Origin: Eimeria praecox
Lineage: Eukaryota
Direction of reading: 5' to 3'
Assembly: GCA_963920595.1 (NCBI GenBank)
Contig: OY986949.1
Coordinates: forward strand, 2,232,001 to 2,296,000
DNA: 64,000 bases
The notes under the pieces were generated by a model that made no database searches, was not told where the DNA came from, and saw nothing but the letters and a program-made list of their open reading frames with translations. The position numbers and the translations under genes are program-made. Within the stretch, counting starts at the first letter, position 1; every line of letters begins with the position of its first letter. Of the stretch, positions 1 through 11,969 are shown piece by piece.

Positions 1-3000
1 AATTCCTGTAGAACCCCGCTGAGCGTCGCCCTGTACGGAACTCACGTGGACCCTGTGGCCCGCCGAGCTGCTGAAAATATCGTCTCCTTCAGGTGCAAAG
101 GCCCCAACGGCGCTGCCCCCACAAGAAGGGCTTGAAGAATGATTCTGTGTTTCGAAGCCTGGTATAGCTTCCCACGCGTCTGCTGGAACCTCCATATCGT
201 CGCCTGAAACGCAAACTCACTGCTTCTCAGCCTTCCCTGTGCTTAACGCCGCAATCTCCCTCTTACTGCCACCCGCTTACAGAATTCAGCTGAGTACATG
301 AGCTGCGCGCAATCACTTCTACAGGCGCGGCAAGCATCACGAGTGCAATCTTGAGAATAGCATGAATTTCAGGCTACTCAGGCTAACCAGAGTGAAAAGT
401 CGCTCACCCCAAGAATTTATGGGTTCGCGTGCATCCTTAAAGTCGTCTGTTGATCGGCTAGGGGGCGAGTTACACACAGGGGCTGGTGGTGGTTGAGGAG
501 GCTGTGCAGGATGGCCAGGCCTACTCATTCCAGCGGGTAAATTCTCCCCTGCTGTTCCCAGAGGTGCAGTATGGTTGCTATCCCTCCTGCTTCTGTGCAA
601 GGAAAGTTCTGCCGAGTCAGTCTGTCCCTTGCTGAATCCTGCGAAGCCAGACACGAAAATCAAGGTTTACAGCACCGATCCATTGAAAAAAGCTGTCGGC
701 AAGTATGTGCTCCGTGTTGCTGAGCTCTACTAGCCTCGGCACGCACCTAAGGTTATTCCGAGGCTCTTCATCGATGCTAGCCAACCATCTGATGGCTTGC
801 ACTTTTCCTGGTCGAGTTGGTGTGGATGTTCTGAAAAATCAGCAGGCTCCCGCAACGTCATAAAGGGTTGTCAATGCGTGGGGAAAATCGAAAGCACACC
901 TTCAAAGTAAACTGTTTCAAGTGTGGAAACGTGACAGGTGCTCACCTGCTGCTCTTCGCTGGAGCAGTGGCTGCTGCTGCTCTTCCGCCCTTGCTTTCGC
1001 TGCAGCAGTAAGGGCATGGATGCAAGCAGGGGTTGAGGAGACAACTGCTGCTGACGGCGACAAAAAGCATGTGGAGGCAGCAGTAAGCAGAGTCACCAAG
1101 CCCGGCAATGGCAACAGGTCCGCACAATGGATGCTTGCCTGCACGGCAACACACAGGGAGGCACGACGAGATTCAAGATGCAAAAGGAAAACTACGCAAG
1201 CAAAAAAGGCAGGAACAACTCCACCCATATACTTAGTCTCGCGATGAGCACAGGTTGGGTATCGCCATAGTGCAGCAGATGCATTACCTCCAACCCAGCA
1301 AGTCGGATATTATCTTCTGGATCTCGAAGGGATGTAGAGAGGATGTCCACTAACAAAGGCGGAGGTCCGCGCGTACAGCTCCCTCCGATGCTCATTGCCG
1401 CCGCAGCCGCAGCGACGACAGCCTCAAGACGAACTCCCGCTGCAGCGTCTCGCAGTCGTTGCTCGAGCAGAGCAAACGCAGTAGTGGTCTACAGCGCCAA
1501 AGCCCCACAAGAAACAAGTTTTCACATTAATGGCATATACTGTTCTCTGGCGGCCATAAATTTTCCGGACTCATACTGAGTGTACACCTCGCCTACAGTG
1601 CCGCCTTAGTCCTGGTGCCCTGAGCCACTGGCTTGCAAAAAGCTGATCAGCTCCCTGGCTACTCCCGCGGGCTTTGCCGAGTCTCAGGATCCAACTCACC
1701 TGCGGCGCATCACGCGGCAAGCGTGAAACATAAAGTGACAGAATACGTGAAGTGAAGGCCCTAATGGGAGGCGCCGAGTCTTCAAGGCCAAGAGTCAATG
1801 ACGACCATGTGCGACCAAAAAACTCGTCAGGTAGCAAATTCTGCACTGCGGGTAGTTGGGAAAGCAAGGCGAATCTGATCAGCCACAGACGCACACAGGT
1901 CTGCACACAACAAATCGAAAAGGTCAAGACTTGAACCAGCCAAGCAAGAATCACACTTACCGGATGCCTCTATCCGAGTTGCCGAAAGCATGGGTCAGCA
2001 CTTCTGAGAACAGCTGGAGTGGCACCGCGGCCTCATCCATAGAGCAGCTGTTGCGGTTTGCCAAGCTTCCTGATGGAGTAGACAAAGGCGTTACAATGGA
2101 CATGATGCACTTGAGGATGCTACAGTGATACGCCGATGCGCTGCTGTTCATGAACAACAACGCCAACTCAGGAAGTAGCAAGTGCAAAGCCATGCCATAC
2201 GGTATCTGTTGTTGTTGGAGGGCTGTAGGCAGTTGCTGCTCGAAAAACGTCTCCTTGTCCACATGACTCTTAACAGGGAAAGCTCGGATAAATGCCAAAA
2301 GTTGGCAGCAGAGATCCCCTGCCACAGACAAATCAAACATTGAAACTGCCAGTACCTTCGGCTGCTCAGTGCCCAACAACACTAGGGCTGGAAGTGCTAC
2401 AGCATACATAAGCAGGGCCAAAATAAGGTCCACTAGCGGTCCGGCACGATCCTGACAAGACTACACATAGTGCCTAGGTAAAGAAGCACTGCATCACAAT
2501 GTGTCTCAGATGTCTGAAGAACCTTAACTCATGCAACCGGCCTGTCATGCAAAGGACTTGCTGAGCCAGCAGCATAGAAAACATGCCTGTAAAGCATGGA
2601 TCGCCTCCATCAGTCAACTTGGATAGCGGAGCAGCGCTTCTGCTCGGATCCAAAATCTTCCGCATCAACTGCTGTACAGGAAGGGCCAAATGGCGCATGG
2701 CCTTGTGGAACGACGCATCACTGATGCTAATTGAGAGACCGCAAGAGGCAGCATCAGTTCGGTTAGACCGTACAGGCCGGGAAGAGCTATCAGGATCCCG
2801 AAGACATTCTTGCCACCACGCAAACACGGAACAAAGTCCCCATCTAAAAAGGCATAAACAGTTTGCATCACCACACAACCTAAATTACGTGGCAAATGCC
2901 GGCTTGCATTGGATGGCGTAACCAAAGGCTCAATCCTAACCTGTCGAGAAGGTCCGGCCGAGATCCTGCAGAGGGTCTTGGTGGCTCCCATCCCTGGGCT

Positions 3001-3997
3001 GCGCTTGCACTTGCAAGCATTAACGAGTAGAAATCCGGCCAGTGCACATCCTCCAAGGAGCGCGTCAGAGCAAAAGAGCTCAGCTTCCACTTTCCTGCAT
3101 ATGATATGCAAAAGTGGGCAACAAACTGAGCAATTGTTCTCATGCGTTCTACGCAGGTGTTCAGCTAACAACCAGTAGGAGGCTAACAGTGGTATTTAGC
3201 CCTTCGGCTTTTTGCCGCTGAATAACTCCATCTCCCTCGTTCTGCTAGCACCTATTTTCTTTCATGCATGCACAAGCCTCACCATGTGGAGTGACGAATA
3301 TCGAAAAGGGTGAAACCTCCCCGTGAGCAAGTTTGCACTGGTCGTGCAAAAATGAAAGGCTCTCCGTCAACTCGAGGAGGTTCCAGCAGGTGCTAGCGGC
3401 AGCCTCAGCTGCAGCAACCGCCGCAGCCTCCGCTTTACGTGTAAAGTCTGACATTGCATCTACTGACGCTGAGGGGGGATCGCATTTCTCTTGCTGTGGC
3501 AGGGAAGGGGGCCGTTTAGCAGCCAAGTCTTGTTGCTGTCGTTGCTGTCGTCTAAGCTGTACAATGTGTACCAGCGAAAAACAGCATTCGGTAACAATGT
3601 AAAGGGCATTGCTGGTTTCGTAGGTAGCAAGTACCTTGAGCAGGTTAGGATGAAGCAGTGTCTTACACTTAGCGAAGTGGTTTTTCGCCTGATCAAAAGT
3701 GTGCTGGGACACTGAGCCGTTGCCTTTGAACGGTGATGACTGCTGTTTGGCGCGTTTAAGTGCAAAAACAGACACCTGAGATGCGTTGCCTGGATTAAGC
3801 AGAGCATCCAGAATGGGATGCTGGCGACCAGCTCCTTCTGTAGCCACAGCGGTTGATTGCTTCGTGCTGGTCGCAGAAAATTGGACGAACCCCCCTGGTA
3901 GCTCAAAACCGTAAGGTATGGAGGATCCCAGGGTATAAGGAAAGTTCGTTGGTAGATCCCCCCACGATGAAATGCTTTTCCACAGAGACTGCAGCAT
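1..3997 (-). CDS. SCY1-like (SCYL/NTKL) pseudokinase with HEAT-repeat region, multi-exon, 3' end beyond the window start
   Basis: ATG at 3997 (MLQSLWKSISSWG). Exon 1 has 'AKNHFAKCKTLLHPNLLKVLATYETSNALYIVTE' and 'LSFLHDQCKLAHGEVSPFSIFVTPHG', then a GTGAG donor. The next exon reads 'KWKLSSFALT'. Later exons are helical HEAT-like ('LGLEDSAPPIRAFT', 'STSLRDPEDNIRLAGLEVM'). No canonical HRD/DFG, which fits the SCY1 family. Confidence 0.85.
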
Positions 3998-5654
3998 CGC
4001 CTTCAATATAGATGAAGGAGTGCCGGCTACAACGGAGCCGCAGCCAGCCACGGAAAACAGCACCACAGCAGGAACCCCACTAGTTATGTCGTAAAGACAC
4101 AATATATACGCGTTACTTAATTCGTATTATAATGCTGGAATGGAGCAGCTTCAATCCTCGCTGTATCGAATGTGGCAGGATGCTGCCTGGTATATTGAAG
4201 CAGCTGATACAGATCACTAATACCGGCTGAGCATTAGGTGCAGTACCCAGTTTAGTCGGATATCTAAGCATACAGAAAAATAAGAAGAGAAAAGCCACTA
4301 GTTGAGGGAGCCGGGAGTTCTCGTGATAAACAGAACTGGTCCTTCTCAACGTGGGTTTCCATCAGTCTCATACAGCCCCAACTGCTGTTTCCTGCTCGGG
4401 GGCGTTTCCTTCTCCGTCTATAGCAGTGGCTCAGTTTCTCTGGTATCACATGCGTTCACTGTTGAAATTGCAGGCCTTTATGGACACACGGACGATAATT
4501 TCCGCGTATCTCAGTCAATTCCACCCTACCTTTCCGCGAGTACCCACTGTTCCCGTGCGGTGGACTTGTTTTTTTTGTATTGATGTCTTCAGCCCTTCTT
4601 ACACTAAACACGTTGCTGTTCGGAAGCTCCAGGAATTTTGCGAATTTGGTTGGATTTGCCATACAAAACAGTTGATGATTGCCTTCTGTGGCCCGTATGC
4701 GGGATGAATCAACAGACCTGAAATTTCGGTCACCGCAGGAAGTACTATTGTCCGATAGTTTGCACTTATTTCTCACTTCCGGAGAGGGCAATAGGTTGTG
4801 CCGTATTGGCAGTACCTCAACTGGTGGTCCATTAGGACTCTGCCTTTAACGAGGAACCTCGATTGTGTGTTCTGCCTGATGTTGGTACTCGCATCCCTAT
4901 TTGCTCGCAGTCTAACTCTACATGAAGAAAGTGTTTAAGAGCAGTTCATACTACAGTGTACAATGCTAGAGCAAGCAAGTTAGGGACACTGGTTGTGCGT
5001 GCATGCGTAGCTGCTGCAACGCATAGCGTGCCCAGCGCTATGCGGGCATTGGTATCCTTACTTGCTCACAGATTCACTATAGATGCTGCACCACAGTCTG
5101 CAGTGTTGGCGTATGCAATGAAATGATTGGGTGTGTTCGCATGTGGGGCGGCTTTTGTGTGCTATTTGCTTCGAGGTGTGTTCCAGCACACGGCAGGTCG
5201 GCTCTCGTCTCTGCCAGCTTCAGGCCAATGATTCGCTGTGCCCAAGGCACCGGGAGCAGGAGGGGAGTCTACCTGCTATTTTTAAATATTTTCGTTAGGT
5301 ATATAACTCCAGTGCAGGTCATGGCGCTTCTTGGATGATAGGGGGGAATCGTAATATAACGGGGAGGGGCACCGACTGGCCTGCCATGGGCTGCAGTGCA
5401 CTTTGGTGCAGCTGCTGCTGCAGGGCAGGCCCGCGTCAACGCACAAACAATTCCCACTTTTCTGCATGTGCTAGCGTTATAGACTGAAGTATAGGCTGCC
5501 TTTAAGAACATACTTGATCCTCTGTAATCAATCTGCGAGCAAATTGGGATACGAACAAAAACAAAATGCGGAGCATGGTGCATCTGGACCAGTTGTTCCC
5601 TCTTGCTCTTACTGCGATTTTATGGTGGGCATTCGGGGTTATTCCGATGAGTCT

Positions 5655-7525
5655 CTAGGTCTTTTGAGGAAACAAGCATTGATAGCATGGTGATATCTCC
5701 ACGTTGAGGGTAAGCCCACTATGCAAACCACCGCGCCAACCGGAGGAAGCACATAAGAAGACCCTACCCAACGCGCAGTGCACTACTTTCGGTGGCCTCC
5801 CTCTTTCATGTTTCTGAGGCCGTGTGAGTTCACTCGAATCAAGCGTCGTAGGTTGGAAGTGACTATTGATTGCCTTGTGTGGCGGTGTTTGGCCTGCCAT
5901 TCCTACGCTTTTCTCACGCATTCCCGCGCACGTGCAAGCTGATTGACAGCTCAGAAGGCTGTTTTGCTGCATTCGTACGCGGTAGGGTTCAGCCACGCGT
6001 AATGACGGGCCAGACAGCGCATTTTCGGTATGAACGGCAGATGCTGGAGACCAGCAACTCGAAGCAACTCGAAGAACGCGCCATTGCATTATAAAACAAT
6101 TCTGCACAGGGGAGGAAATTAAGCCACTTTGGCGCATTCTGCTGGATATAAAATAGCGAATACTGTAAAAGCGTGTGGTTGATGCGTTCATTTTGGCCGT
6201 TTGCCTCCTGATCATTCCCTGTGGTCATGCCATGCTCGGTCTTGAGCAGCTTCATGAACTCACAGCAGAAAGCGTGAATCAGCTTCGGTTCCCTATAAGG
6301 AATGAAGCCTTTCGGATAACGGTGGAATTTTCAGGCGCAAGTAATGATTAATTGAGCCACTCCTTCTGTTGCAACCGAAATTGAACCGGGGAAGAATTGG
6401 GCATATTTGCTAAGTCTGCGTACAACGCCGCAGTTGCTACTGAAGCCTCTAACTCCTGGTAAACCCACCATGAAATCCATCAAAATGTCCGGCCAGAGCT
6501 TTCTTGGGACCGAAAGATTCTGCAGGAGTCCAGGCTTGAGAGTCTTCGGCGGCTTCTGTTGCTGAGATTTTGTGCAAGCGAGGAGACATTGTTCAGCAGA
6601 CAGCCGCATCCTAGGCCAGCGGAAGGACCTAACATTCCGCCCTGTCTTTGCACTGGAACCACGACCCGCTAAAACAAGATTGCGTATTTTGCACAGAGCT
6701 TCTGTGCGAAGCGAAGCTGGAATCATACCGTAACCGGCATAACAGGCGGGGTCCACGTTTCATCTCATACCACAAGATATCATTCTCGACGCTGTACTGC
6801 TTCACCTCATCCCCTTGTTGATCTTAGCGAGGATTGCAACCGCATCAGTATCTAAGGAATAAGAAAGACGCAGTTTTAGAGAGGAAGCAGGAATCGTCGG
6901 GAAAAAGCACATTTGCAGAACACAATGCCTGACTCCTAGAGAGGCGGGAGCGTGCGTCAGTGACCACTTTGGTGATACCCTTGATATACTGGATTGTAAA
7001 ACCATAGTGCGTGAGCCGCCAAAGCCGCATAACGACCCTTTCATTATCGCAGTTTCCTCAGACATTGATAGTGTGTTTGAACACTGAAATGCCTGCCATA
7101 TAAGTGGTGTTGGCACTGTTCTACCCTCACCAGGCCGCGTAGTCTTCCGTTGGGCGTACCGCCTACTTCTGCTCCCTTTCAGCGAGGCGATGTGAACTGC
7201 AGGCGATTATTGGGTGCTCCTGAGTGCCACTGGCCTGCAGAGAGGGCGCCACCCCAACCGCTGTGCCTGTGGCATTAGTTGTTAGGAATAAATGCTTCTC
7301 AAAGTCGGGGAGCGCGAGTACTGGAGACAATATGAGGTGTTTGAGGAAGCTTCTGCCGGATCCATTGCCTTTTTCCATCCAAGGAAGCTGTTTCTACTTC
7401 GTAAGTAGATCCGTTAGAGGGGCGGCGAGTCTAGCGAATCGACGACTGAAGTTGCGGTAGTACAATTTGTGGCCGAGGAACTTCTGGGCTTCTGTACGAG
7501 TGGTGAGCAGCGGACTCTACCGCTA
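5655..7525 (-). mobile_element. Decayed Ty3/Gypsy LTR-retrotransposon pol fragment (RT thumb, RNase H, integrase core, GPY/F)
   Basis: Hand translation gives: RT thumb 'EAQKFLGHKLYYRNFSRRFARLAAPLTDLLTK*' (~7400-7510); RNase H 'LILSPVLALPDFEKHLFLTTNATGTAVGVA' and 'YGFTIQYIKGITKVVTDARSR'; integrase 'GLLQNLSVPRKLWPDILMDFMVGLP...RLSKYAQF' and 'NGQNERINHTLLQY...WLNFLPCAELFYN'; GPY/F-like 'ARWVGSSYVLPPVGAVVCIVGLPSTWRYHHAINACFLKR' (~5660-5775). The RT-RH-IN order is Gypsy. Many stops and frameshifts. Confidence 0.9.
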
Positions 7526-7919
7526 TGATAAGCCCAGAAAATATACCTTAAAATATCTTAAATAACTAAATAAGAGTCCCTAAAACCAGTCAGCCCACAT
7601 ATGGAAGACCCTAGAATTACAGAACTGCCCCCTGACCCAGCAAAGGGTTAGTGCCTGAGGCGCCGGCCTTACACCCAGCCCCAGCCTTGTGTAGGCTAAC
7701 GAGCACTCTTAGTTTGATTAACGTTATACTTTATCTAAAGCGTTCGAATCTATCTATATTAGTGTTATATTGTTTCTTTTCGTCGCCTCAGACCTCTAGA
7801 GGTCCTCCAGAGCTCCATTGTAGTGCTTGCGCACTACAGAGAGAGTGCACGGCCGAATCGCCTCTATCTTCTCGGATCTGCTTCGGCTCCAGCTGAACAG
7901 ACATTAAACCCTTTTAACA
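7526..7919. mobile_element. Putative solo LTR
   Basis: Begins TGATAA exactly where the RT homology stops and ends TTAACA (TG...CA with an imperfect terminal inverted repeat). It has AT-rich TATA-like tracts and ATTAAA at 7903-7908. No target-site duplication seen. Confidence 0.4.
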
Positions 7920-9675
7920 TTTGTTTTGCATGAAAAGTGAGCACTTCTGTGATTTCACGGGCCGCTGCTTCTCGCGTATCAATTGCAGAGCACCACCACG
8001 AGCTGCAGTAAAGGCAAAGAATTAAAGAAATAGCTTGCAAAAAGCAACTAACCTCCCCTCGACCCTGCCAACGCCTTAGGCACAGTATCCCAATGGCCTG
8101 GGTTGGTGTGCGAGCACAGACAGGCTTATCACCGCCTTCAACGCATCTTGCTGGAGCCAGTACTACAAGCCAGCCTCACATGCACGCACAACCAACGTCC
8201 CTTTGCTGCGCGCTGTAGCATTGTATACTGCAGTGAAGACAGTCACTTAACACTTGTTTGGGCCTACAGTCAGCGTGTGACCAAGTAAGGATACTCATAT
8301 CAGCATTACGCAGAGCATGCTACAACCCCCCATGCATGCACCGCAACTAACCCGTTGTTGGGTTGTTAGCACTATAGAATGGTGTGTAAAATGCCTTGAA
8401 GCACTTACTTGAACCCCAGTAATTAGCCTGCGAGCAAGTTGGGATACGAGTATCAACACGACATACATACGGCACGCTTCATGCTGCAACTACTGCTTCA
8501 AGGCAACCCCACAAACCCGCACAGCCAACGCCTCTCTCCTGCATGCAGTGACATTGTAGGCTGCAGCTTACACGGTCGTTAAACACTTACTTGATCCTCA
8601 GCACTGAGCCTCAGGATACGTAGAGATACCAGTACCAACTTCGCACGGACCAGGGTACGCAAGCACTAACTTTGTGTGCGATAGCAAGGCACTTGCTTGG
8701 ATCTCAGTGTTTTATATGTATGGGAGTAGGAGTAAATGCATCAACGTCAGGCACAGCATGCTCCGACGCACCTGCCAACATCAGACAAGCCATTCCAATT
8801 CCTGGAGTGGGCGAGAGCATCGTGACTTCCTGGGCGCAAGAAGTGAATGTTTTATCATATACGAACCTGCATTTTTCGCACCTATTCCCCTAAATTTATT
8901 AGTTATTTGGAGGAGCAGAGTTTCGGTAAGCGAGCTGCACCAACTCTACCTAAATACGCGTTTCCCACGGATCACGCAGCCCGCCAGCCCCGGCTACCAT
9001 CATCCTGATTCGGCAACGTAACTCCCAGAACCTTTTACTAGGAACATTTCGTGCTTTTTGATGTTCATATCCTTATTTTTCCAGTCGAATTTATTTTCCC
9101 TCTTCTGCTTTAGACTGGCGCTATATCCGGGCGCTCCACGGCCGGCCGAGTCATGCTACTCCAGCAGTGTATTAAGACCGTACAAATCCACGATCTCTAT
9201 CTAATTTGGAATATATTCTACATGCTTGTATGGTAACCCTGTAGGGGGTGTTGCATACGTGAGACGGGTGGCATATCTTCAGCTTCAGAGCGAACTTTTC
9301 ATACGGGCCTGGATGAACAGACAACAGAAACCCTCTTCGGGAAAAAGATGTGCTCATTTGCGGACAGTATTCTCTCTGCGCAGCACAGTTTTCCAGGAAG
9401 GACTGGTCCATTCATCTCCGTAGGCTTTTGACTAGTATCGGTGGGCATGGCTGGACGCCAGGTGCCAGCTCTGCAAACGCAGTCAGCACAGGTCGCGCTG
9501 GCACTTGTATTTGAGAATAGAGGTGTTCGGCTGGTTGTTTAGAAAAGCGTCTGCTTTCGCGGTTTGGCTTTTCACTGAAATGCACACAGCGGTGCGCCGC
9601 TAAAATAAAGCTTACGGCCTGCTGTTCGGCCTAATCTCTCAGGAGGCCACCAGCGACATCTACGGCTTAAGAACA

Positions 9676-10542
9676 ATGGAAGATACACAGTCGAAGGATA
9701 CACTGGCCGAACTGTATCCGCAGTGTGTGTCGATTAGGAAGGAACTGGATTCTCTACTCCGAACCATATCGTCCGCGGCACCAGCACATTCAGGATGCCG
9801 ACCGTACTCTGGACCATTAGGCAGAGAAGCTGTGATAAAGGGCGCAGAAGGACCATCTGGTAGCTGGGATGGTCGCGGAACTGGTAGCTCTTCGGTGGCG
9901 AAGTTGCAGCGGTTTTCAGCCCTCACTCGTCAGTTTTGCATGCTTGTCCTCAGCCTGCAAGATGCGCTCGCGTCGGCTAAATCTAACCAACTATCGCGAA
10001 ATATGTACTCAATGTGGGAACGACGGATTCAGGATATGGTCGCAGATGCGGAGAGCTTCAGGAGAGAAGCAGAAGGCCGCATGAACCTGGAGCAGCAGCG
10101 GGTCGAGGAGGCGATGCGCGACCGAAAAGCACTACTTGGTGGCGCGGACCGGAGCAAGAGGTGGGGAGACATGCGGAGCACTGAACTTATGTACGCTAAG
10201 GAGAGGGACCGTCTACAAGAGTCCCGCACAATGCTGGACTCGATGTTGTCTCATGGTTGGAGTGCTGTCGGGCAGCTCGTGTCTCAGAATGCTTCACTCA
10301 AGAGCGCGCGGAGGAAGGTGCTTGATATGGCGAGCAGTGCGGGCGTTGCGTCCACCTTACTGGGGGCGGTTGGCCGAAGGCAGCAAGGAGACAAGTGGCT
10401 GGTCTATGGCGGAATGATTATAACCCTCGTCTTTTTTTTCGTAGTGTACAGGCTGGTCCACCACGGAAGCATCTTCGGCTTTTCCAGCGTGACTGAAACA
10501 GAGGCCGAGGGTACTTATAGTGAATTTACACAGTCTAACTAG
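9676..10542 (+). CDS. Golgi Qb-SNARE (membrin/Bos1/GOSR2-like), single exon, 288 aa
   Basis: SNARE heptad 'KERDRLQESRTMLDSMLSHGWSAVGQLVSQNASLKSARRKVLDMASSAG', followed by 'RRQQGDKWLVYGGMIITLVFFFVVYRLV' (TM). The N-terminus is helical. Confidence 0.85.
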   Translation: MEDTQSKDTLAELYPQCVSIRKELDSLLRTISSAAPAHSGCRPYSGPLGREAVIKGAEGPSGSWDGRGTGSSSVAKLQRFSALTRQFCMLVLSLQDALASAKSNQLSRNMYSMWERRIQDMVADAESFRREAEGRMNLEQQRVEEAMRDRKALLGGADRSKRWGDMRSTELMYAKERDRLQESRTMLDSMLSHGWSAVGQLVSQNASLKSARRKVLDMASSAGVASTLLGAVGRRQQGDKWLVYGGMIITLVFFFVVYRLVHHGSIFGFSSVTETEAEGTYSEFTQSN

Positions 10543-11969
10543 GAGCCACTCCACTTTTCTTGGGCTCTGTGGCCTGCCACCAACACTAAATCTGCAGTTT
10601 AGCATGCATATTTCTCAAACAAGTTTCCTGGAACGTTGTCACCTGCTTGGTGGCTTCGGATTTCTTCGATTTAGTATAGGGGCGCCCTCATGGCTACCCT
10701 TGGCACCCTCGCGCATGGATCTCTAAAGGACCTCCGAAAGAACAGTGTAGGATGCTTCCAGAGACAAGCGCTGCACAGAATGCACAAGCATATTGCGGGG
10801 AGGCTAGCTCTTCGATGCATACTCAAGCAGCGTGCACTTCGACAAGGCTGCGGCCACAGCTGCTCCGCTACTGCAACTCACTGCTAAGTGATCAGTTGAT
10901 TTAGTGCAGCATTGTCATGTACTCATAATCTCCATACACAGAAGCTAAGGATAGATAGTTTCCTTGGGCCGCCCAGGAATAGTACGGTAGGCCGTATGGG
11001 AACATGAAAGCACAAAAAAAGCAGAAGCTTCCCTTCGGGGTGATTGAGCTCTCACGGCTGGGGGGTTTATAGGTCATTTTTCCTACTCAGATGAGATGAA
11101 ACGCCACAAAGCGAGACGTTAGTTCAAATTTTTGTGAAAGCTCATGAGCACCGTAAGAGGGTGCACACGATGCAGCTGCTTCTTTTGTTTACTTGAAGTG
11201 CATATTCATCGCGGAATCCCATAATCACTAAGACATGATGCTACTTTCGGTCTGGGATTGGCAAGATTTGTGCTTAGTCTGAAGCGATGCGTATGCCGCG
11301 CCAGAACCAAGACGTTGCACAGCCGGGGAACCGGCGCAGAGCCGCGCCGGGGCAGGATTGCATAGGATATATGCAAGCAGAACATTAAAACGTGCACGTA
11401 TTCACCGGAGTACACTTAATGACTGCCGAATTTGTTGGAACACAGCAGTTTTGTCTCAGTCGGATGCTTTTCAAGTGCCCGTGCGGCCGCGGCCCGTTCA
11501 GCTTTCCTGAAAAGATAGGACTCGGCGGTTAGGCATATGAAACGACTTTAGACGGGATTCTAAATGTACAAAATTATCACTTTTTTGATGCGTTCAGGGA
11601 TGAAACATATTGGGGAGCGCAGATCAGGCTGCAGGCATCTGGCGGTCGTCAGCAGTGGTTGGCGCGTTCCGGACGGTGACCCCACAGTTGTTAGTTGCCG
11701 AATACGCATGCATGGTTCAGTGTTTAATTCATTTTGAAGCGCACAAATACCACGGCAAATGGGTTTTTTGTCGTGTGTTGCAGCGAAATCCTCCCCATGT
11801 TTATCAAATTTTTCATCGTAATCTCCTGTAGCCAGTCCTGTGGTTGACTGAATGGGAAACGTTGCGTTTCCCCGTCAACGACTTTTTAAACAGAAAACTT
11901 AGCATTAAAGTGACTTTAGAAATGGTCAGAGCTTTGACAAAAAGAGTCCGCTGGCAACTTCTGCTACGA

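Noticed and set aside
5270..5650. Chromodomain, PPT or 3' LTR of the Gypsy relic
   Set aside because: No recognisable chromodomain motif or LTR terminus by eye.
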